From Octopus bimaculoides (Eukaryota): a DNA stretch of 56,538 bases. The translations under genes and the position numbers were made by a program. The stretch covers positions 24,662,848 to 24,719,385 of the forward strand of contig NC_068991.1 of the NCBI RefSeq assembly GCF_001194135.2, given 5' to 3'. The notes beneath the pieces were generated by a model. It was not told the origin of the DNA. It made no database searches and saw nothing but the letters and a program-made list of their open reading frames with translations. This document shows positions 49,976-56,538 of this stretch, in pieces (within the stretch, counting starts at the first letter, position 1; every line of letters starts with the position of its first letter).

Positions 49976-51840
49976 ATGCCAAAACGTAAATATAAATTTC
50001 TTGGTTAATATTCCAGCGAATGGGCATTTATCCAACAAGGAAGAGGTTGATTTGAAGCAAACTGTGGTGTATGTGATTGTACTTTCAGTATTGAACATGG
50101 CGGGAAGTCTGATATGAAGCAACACTTAGAAACAGCAATGCACAAAAGTAATATTCCTACTACTTCAAAAGAAGCAGGTAAAATAACAAATTCTTGTTCA
50201 AGAAAAATACAAGTGAAAAAAGTAAAATAATAGCCGCAGAAGTTGCGATGGCATTTCTTATTGTCCGTCATCAGTCATTCAGTTCAAATGACTACGAACA
50301 TACTACTACCAACAGTATTTCCTGATTCTAAAATTGCATACAAATTTTCAAGTGCTAGGACTAAATGTGATGCAATAATAAAAAATGTTGTGACTCCATA
50401 CACTATTGCAGTGATTGTTAAAGATATAAATAACTCTTCTTTTTATGGCATATCTACAGATGCAAGTAATCAGAATGCTGAGAAAATTTTCCCGTTGATA
50501 GTGCAATGTTTTTCACGTGAAAAGAAGTTTGCTGATAAAGTTATTGCAAGTAAGATCCCTCCCAAATGACACCTCAGAATCAATAGCAAGCTTCTGCAGA
50601 GAGTGCCTCGTCAAGTTAGGACTGGACGTGAAGAAATGTATAGCTTTTGGTAGAGATAACACAAATACTAATTTTGGTGGACGTTTGCACATAGGCACAA
50701 ATAAAGTCTATTCAAAATTCGAAGAAAGCATGAATGAATTGATGGAAGGTGTTGAATGTCCAGCTCATGTCCTGTACAATGCGACTCATACTGTGGCCAA
50801 TGTTCTTTCTGTTGATGTCAAAGTAATTGTTGTTAAATTGTTTTCATACTTTGGTGTTCATACTGTTTGATCTGAGAAGTTGAAAGATTTCTGCAAGTTT
50901 GTTGGTGTGCAGTATGCCTCAATTCTCTCACATTCTAAAACTCGTTGGATTTCTTTGATGAGAGCAGTTGAAAGAATCCTAAAGTTATTTAAAGCACTGA
51001 AATCTTTTTTTGATTCTGAAGAAAATGTCCCTCAGATCCTTGTAGAATTCTTCAATAATCCACTGAGCGAAGCCTACTTATATCTTGTTCACAGTTTCGA
51101 ATATGTTTTTAGCAACAGGATTATGAAGACAGAATAGAGAGAAAACAGCATTATTGAAGTGCTTGGTTGTTTAAAAGAACTCATTGCAGTTATAAAGGAA
51201 AGAATTAATGAAATGTTTATTCCTTTCAGTGTGAAGGATTGCCTTAATAAAGACGATGTCAAATCTGAAGAGAAAAAGAAATTTCTACTTGAAGTGGATA
51301 ACTACTACAGCACTTGCTATGACAATCTAGAGAAATAGGTTTCATCTTTTGAAAATTTTGATAACTTTATATGGATGTTATTAGATACAGTTCCAGCATG
51401 GGAACATGTAGAATCATTTTGTCTAATGTTAAAGAACAAAGGTATAAAAATTGACAACCTTCTTTTCTGTCAGTGATCAACATTTAAAAAACTCCTTGCT
51501 AAAGAGATGCAGATCAAACCTGATGAACGGAAGACCAAATTGTGCCATGAAAGATGGTTTTCTATCCTTCAGTAGATTGTTTCAAGAACAATACTCCGAG
51601 TTGTTAATTTTGTGCCAGTTCTTATTTAGCATGCCAGGGCATAATGCTAATGTTGAGCATGTCTTCTCAATGACGAATGTTCAGTGGACTGAAGAACGAA
51701 ATACGTTGGATGTGGCTACTGTAGAAGCTATCTTACAATGCATGTGGAACCTTAACTGTCAATGTAAAGAATTCTATAGGCATGTGTTAGAAAACAAGGA
51801 CCTTTTAACAAAAGCCAAATCATCAGTGAAATATAACTAA
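49976..51840 (+). pseudogene. hAT transposase pseudogene
   Basis: BED-type finger CGVCDCTFSIEHGGKSDMKQH; catalytic motifs STDAS, GRDNT and NVEHVFS; CPAH; TRW; C-terminal dimerisation region. Many stops and frameshifts. Confidence 0.9.
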
Positions 51841-52339
51841 AGGTAAAGGTTCAAGTTTAATTCTCGTGTGGTCTGTTAAGAAAATTTTGCATATAAGTTT
51901 ATCAGTTTTGTTTCTTTTCATGTTCTCCATATGAAACAACTTCTTAGTCTGTTTTCTGTATTGTTTGCATTAAATAATCATTTTCTAAATTATTTCCTTT
52001 GCATTGTTCTATTGTCTCTATTGAATAAGAATTTTGCAATGATTTCACTTTCTCAGTATTTCTTTCAGTTATCTATATTGCTTGTATTTAATAAAAATAT
52101 TCAAATGCTTTCAACCTAAAAGATTTTTTTCTATATTGTTTCTATTTGTCATTGAATAAAAAAAATTAAAATGATTTCAATTTAACAGATTTATTTGCTT
52201 ATTTCTCTGTTTCTGTATTAAAGAAATATTTTCAAATTATTTCACTATTTTAGCTTGTATTAAATAATTTTACTTTTGTTTTTCTCATAACCCACTAAAA
52301 TAATTGCTTCACGTTTTTAACTTATCTACTTTTATATAA

Positions 52340-52576
52340 CACAGGATTGGCTATAAGTCACCTGACAGTAAATCAAATTTCCATAAATACTATCTGTAAG
52401 TCTGCATTGACTCGAATGGAAAAATGTGCCACTCAAGAAGGACATCAGTTTGAACAATTTTCATGATGTTTCATATTTAGATGCTTTTATTAAATTCATT
52501 CAGTTGTTAAACATAAATAAATCTTGGAATTAAATGGTTTTGAATTACCGTCAAGTGGCTTTTGGCCAACCCTGTG
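52340..52576 (+). mobile_element. Internally deleted Tc1/mariner element nested in the hAT
   Basis: Imperfect TIRs of about 32 bp (cacaggattggctataagtcacctgacagtaa and the reverse complement of ttaccgtcaagtggcttttggccaaccctgtg), followed by TA on the right. The internal peptide RMEKCATQEGHQFEQFS* resembles a mariner C-terminus. Confidence 0.7.
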
Positions 52577-52848
52577 TATTGTTCTGTATTGTAGACACGT
52601 ATAAATTTATATATATATGCAGAGAGATTTTAAGAGTGTCCCATATGTCTAATTTTCTAATCTGGCAACCCTAGTTATGTGCATCTACAAAGCAGTGAAT
52701 TTTTAGGGTTATTAGAGTGTTGGATAGAAAAACATGCATTAGTAATTTTGTCCACTCTGCAATGAGTTCAAATGCCAGTGAGGATAACTGTGCAATTCAT
52801 TATATTGGGTTTGATAAATAAAGAAATAAATAATTCAAGATGGCAGGA

Positions 52849-52885
<37 letters not shown>

Positions 52886-53252
52886 CCGAAATGCACAGTA
52901 TTATATATCCATCACAACTGATCTTACCAACTGGTTTCACGCTAGGAATACAATGGAGTGTTAGGTAACAATCCGATTATATAAACTTATGTTCATCAGA
53001 GTTAGCTGATATGGAAGGGAATATAGTGACTGCTCCATAATCCCTTCCATATTGGCTAAGTTTGATGAATGTAAGGTTATATAATTGGATTGTTACCTAA
53101 CACTCTATTGTATTCCTGGCGTGAAATCAATTGATAAGATCAGCCATGAAGGATATATAATACTGTACTTTTCGGATAATATACACACTCTATTGACAGA
53201 TATATGAGTGCATCTTTTCCCTGACTTATGAACTCTTAGACAACTCATGTGC

Positions 53253-53346
<94 letters not shown>

Positions 53347-53944
53347 GGTAGTGCCCAAGCATGGCTACAGTCTAATGGCTGAACAAATAAAAGAAAAAGA
53401 GATAAAAGATACACATTTAATTAACTAAATGTGAAATATCTCATACAGGACTAATTCCGTGTTATTCAACAAGTTGATTTCTCCATGAATGGAGTAGAAA
53501 CAGTCCTGTATGAATCACTTCTCCTTAAATTATTCTAACCTCTACTTGAAGATTTGAGTACTTTATTTTAACTGCAGTCCCTGCTGTTTCTAATGAAATC
53601 ATTGACGTGTGTGTGTGTGAAATGCATGCATTATGAACATTAGTACTATTAACACTGTTATGTGTTCTAGCTCCAGCTGTCTTCACTGCAATTATTATCC
53701 ATGCTTTTAGATACCAAATGAAGTTGATAATCAAACTGGAAATAGCATGCCAAGACCTTCACACTAACACCCTATCATACTAAGGAAAACTTCACATGAT
53801 ACACAATAAACCAACTTAATCTCAATAGAAACCTTAGTGTATCATATTTGATGTTGGACATGTGCAGTGCATTTTAGATGTAGCAAAACTGTCACATTCA
53901 TTTGAATACTGTGACTAATGCTTAGAATAAATAAAATTATTAAA

Positions 53945-54311
53945 CAGCGTGGCTATGTGGTAAGAAGCTTGCTTCTCAACCACATGGTTACAGGCTCAGA
54001 CCCACTGTATGGCACCTTGGGCAAGTGTCTTCTACTATAGCCTCAAACCAACCAGAGTATGTGAGTGGATTTGGTAGACGAAAACTGAAAGAAGCCCATC
54101 ATATGTGTGAGTGTGTGTGTCTTAGGCAACCAGTGTTGGTGTGTTTACGTCCCCATAACTTAGTAGTTCAACAAAAGGGCGCAGTAGAAAAAGTACCAGG
54201 CTTAAAGACAAAAAGTAAGTACTGAGGGTTGATTCATTCAACTAAAAATTCTTCAATGTGGTGCTCCAGCATGGCCACAGTCTAATGCCTAAAACAAGTA
54301 AAAGATAAAAC
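53945..54311 (+). mobile_element. Bipartite tRNA-derived SINE
   Basis: Head, core and 3' module as in 27763-28237. A reverse head lies at about 54880-55030 and a tail fragment at about 56090-56260. Confidence 0.85.
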
Positions 54312-55719
54312 ATAACAGATAGCATTTTAAGTCTAGATCAGGAGGATTGATTTTTTTGTTTATCTGTATCTTGTAAAGTAAACATTTGTACACAATGACA
54401 ACAACACTTATATAACATAAGTAAAAAATATCATACTGTGTATGCAAGTGTGTATGTACTTTCTTCTGTGACTTTTTTTACTTTACCTGGATTAACTTAA
54501 CACATACTGCCAAATTATAAACCTGTTCCAGCAGGCTTGACTATGGCTTTCCAATAGCATAACATCAATTATCAACAAATTTTTTAATGTAATAACTACA
54601 TCAATGGTTGAAAACAGACTAAAGTCAGTAACCATGCTTTGACTGTAACTGTGATTAACATCTTTTTCATTTGCATATTGTAATCAGAAAAAAAGAAGGG
54701 CAGTGCCCATGACATTCTTAAGGCCTCTATGACTAGGGAAAGGAAAGGAGATAGTTACCCTCAGATCAAATGTTTTTCCACTGAGTGAAATTCATTAGAG
54801 TTATTTAAGGACCAGGCAGTGGTGTTAAATTGGGCAAAGGATTAAGTCTATTACCCAAGAACAGGAACAGTCCCTTCAACAAGCTTCCACACAGATTTTA
54901 TTCACAAGGTTTTCATAGATCTGAAACTATGGTAGAAGATAAGTTACCCAAAGTGACTCACAGTGAAATCAAACCTGAAACCATATAGTCATGAAGCAAA
55001 CTTCTTAACCACACAGCCATGCTTGCATCTATTTAAAACCAGCTTAATTTATGCAATGGCATTGAGATCTATATAAGTATTAGTGTTTCTTTCAAATCTA
55101 TCATGTCATGTTCTCAGCATGACTCTATTAACATTAATGTTTAATGTTGTGTAGGCAAACTAAATAATACCAGCCTTGTGTATAGTGAATAAGCATTATT
55201 ATAAATAATTACTATTATAAATAGTAATGCAATAACAAGAAGTAAAGTAGTTTAATATCAGAATGATGTAGATACGACAATGTTGATCATATGACTGAAG
55301 TAAGGTGAAAAAAGACACAGTGACAAGACACAGTTTTAAAATATCGAATTGACAGTTTGGTATTTAAAATAATGATTCGATAATTTATTAATTGGATGAA
55401 TGGCTAGCTTCTTGGCTCTAGCTTAACACACAAGGGGATACAATAACTTTACCAAACATAAACAAATGGTTACTAGGACTAACCATGCTTAGTGTATTGG
55501 ATTTAGTGGAATTGTACTGCCTAGTTAGTCTTCTTACGTATGTTGGGTTAATTTCCAATATTTGAGAATTTTTAAGGACTTTTAGTTTGTATACTTTCAG
55601 TCTAACTTTGGCAAAGACTTGGTCAAGCTATTTACAAAGGATTATATACACTGACCTCCTTCTTTTATACATTAACCTCTCATCTCCTAACATGAAGCTG
55701 CTTCCCACTCAACTGTAAG

Positions 55720-55935
55720 CCTTATTCAACAAAAGGAGATCTTAGTCTTGCAAGCTGCATGGCAACCACCTTAGTGCCAGTGCCGTGAAAAAATACCCAG
55801 TACACTCTCTAAAGTGATTGGCATTAGGAAGAGTATCCAACCACTGAAACTTTGGAGTAAGAGGCAGTTTTCAAAGCTGTCAAATCATATCAAACTATCT
55901 AACCCATATTAACATGGAAGCTGGACATTAAAAGA
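55720..55935 (+). mobile_element. Degenerate RTE tail
   Basis: gtgccagtgccgtgaaaaaatacccagtacactc...ggcattaggaagagtatcc...aacccatattaacatggaagctggacattaaaa. Confidence 0.6.
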
Positions 55936-56282
55936 TAATATTCAATAAAGAGTAAATAGTAAAATCATAAATCTAGTTGTAGAAAACAAATTCTATAAAA
56001 GGAAAATTGCTCAAAGATATAAAAGTATCCTTTTTAACAAAAATAAACAACACAGAAAATTATTAGTTGAATGCATCTTCTTTTACTCTCATTGGACAGC
56101 GGACATACTGGGGCACCACCTTGAAGGATTCAGTTGAACAAATTGACCACAGTACTTATTTTCTTTTTTAAGCTTGGTACTTATTTTATTAGTTGCTTAC
56201 AGGAACATAAGCCAAAACTGGTAGTCAAGCAGTGGTGGGGGGGACAAACAAATACAAACACACATGTACATACATATATATA

Positions 56283-56308
56283 TCTATATATATAAAAATG
56301 AGAATGTG

Positions 56309-56355
<47 letters not shown>

Positions 56356-56538
56356 GTGAATCCCTAAAACTCGAGAACTACGCAACCAATTTCATTCAAA
56401 TTTTACACATACCTTACTTAGGGTTCCAGTTGTGTTTTAGTCGAAAACATTTTTTAACTTCTTGCAGAGTTCGAGCCCACGGCAACATAATATCTCCTCC
56501 ACTATTTAAGTATTACGTGTCAAAAGTGAAACAAAAAC
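56283..56538 (+). mobile_element. Non-autonomous Helitron 5' end carrying (GTCT)n; runs off the window
   Basis: a|TCTATATATATAAAA start followed by a GTCT microsatellite; same 5' signature as the element ending at 15699. Confidence 0.6.

Larger units (their letters stand above)
49617..52673 (+). mobile_element. Complete decayed hAT DNA transposon (Blackjack-like termini)
   Basis: Perfect 13-bp TIRs tagggttgccaga / tctggcaacccta. 8-bp TSD gttatgta / gttatgtg (7 of 8). Subterminal gtccc motifs. Confidence 0.92.
1..56538. repeat. Pervasive microsatellites: (AT)n, (CA)n, (GA)n, (TATG)n, (CAT)n
   Basis: Examples: 1-75, 690-975, 3080-3137, 4078-4166, 6825-6900, 27090-27182, 29250-29350, 44130-44230. 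Most sit inside or beside retroposons. Confidence 0.98.

Noticed and set aside
9480-53000. CTGATGA motifs checked as hammerhead ribozyme cores, which are expected near Penelope elements
   Set aside because: None that I found is followed by stem II plus GAAA.
685-54225. Dozens of ORFs such as [18 protein letters not shown] and ERERER, and ORFs through N runs
   Set aside because: Translations of stop-free microsatellites or assembly gaps; not genes.

Overview
Eukaryotic, not prokaryotic: an AT-rich animal scaffold with six N-gaps and extreme microsatellite density. The retroposon repertoire is most consistent with an octopod cephalopod (inference from family recognition, no database search). 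Almost all ORFs in the supplied track are microsatellite artefacts or transposon fragments. The window reads as the introns of one unidentified minus-strand gene, for which I assembled by hand a phase-consistent chain of 10 short candidate exons (32.4 kb to 2.2 kb, about 203 codons). The introns are filled with tRNA-derived SINEs, RTE LINE pieces, a HERO-like LINE 3' end, piggyBac-, hAT- and mariner-type MITEs and palindromic elements. A complete but decayed hAT element (49617-52673, with TIRs and an 8-bp TSD) lies upstream of the exon chain. The most unusual items are: a Penelope-like RT fragment bracketed by Helitron termini (possible end-bypass capture); a tRNA-Thr-like sequence enclosed in a long inverted repeat; two RFX X-box palindromes; a double-hairpin array in the RTE 3'UTR; and many intronic dsRNA-forming structures relevant to cephalopod A-to-I editing. 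Repeat boundaries are approximate unless terminal motifs are quoted.
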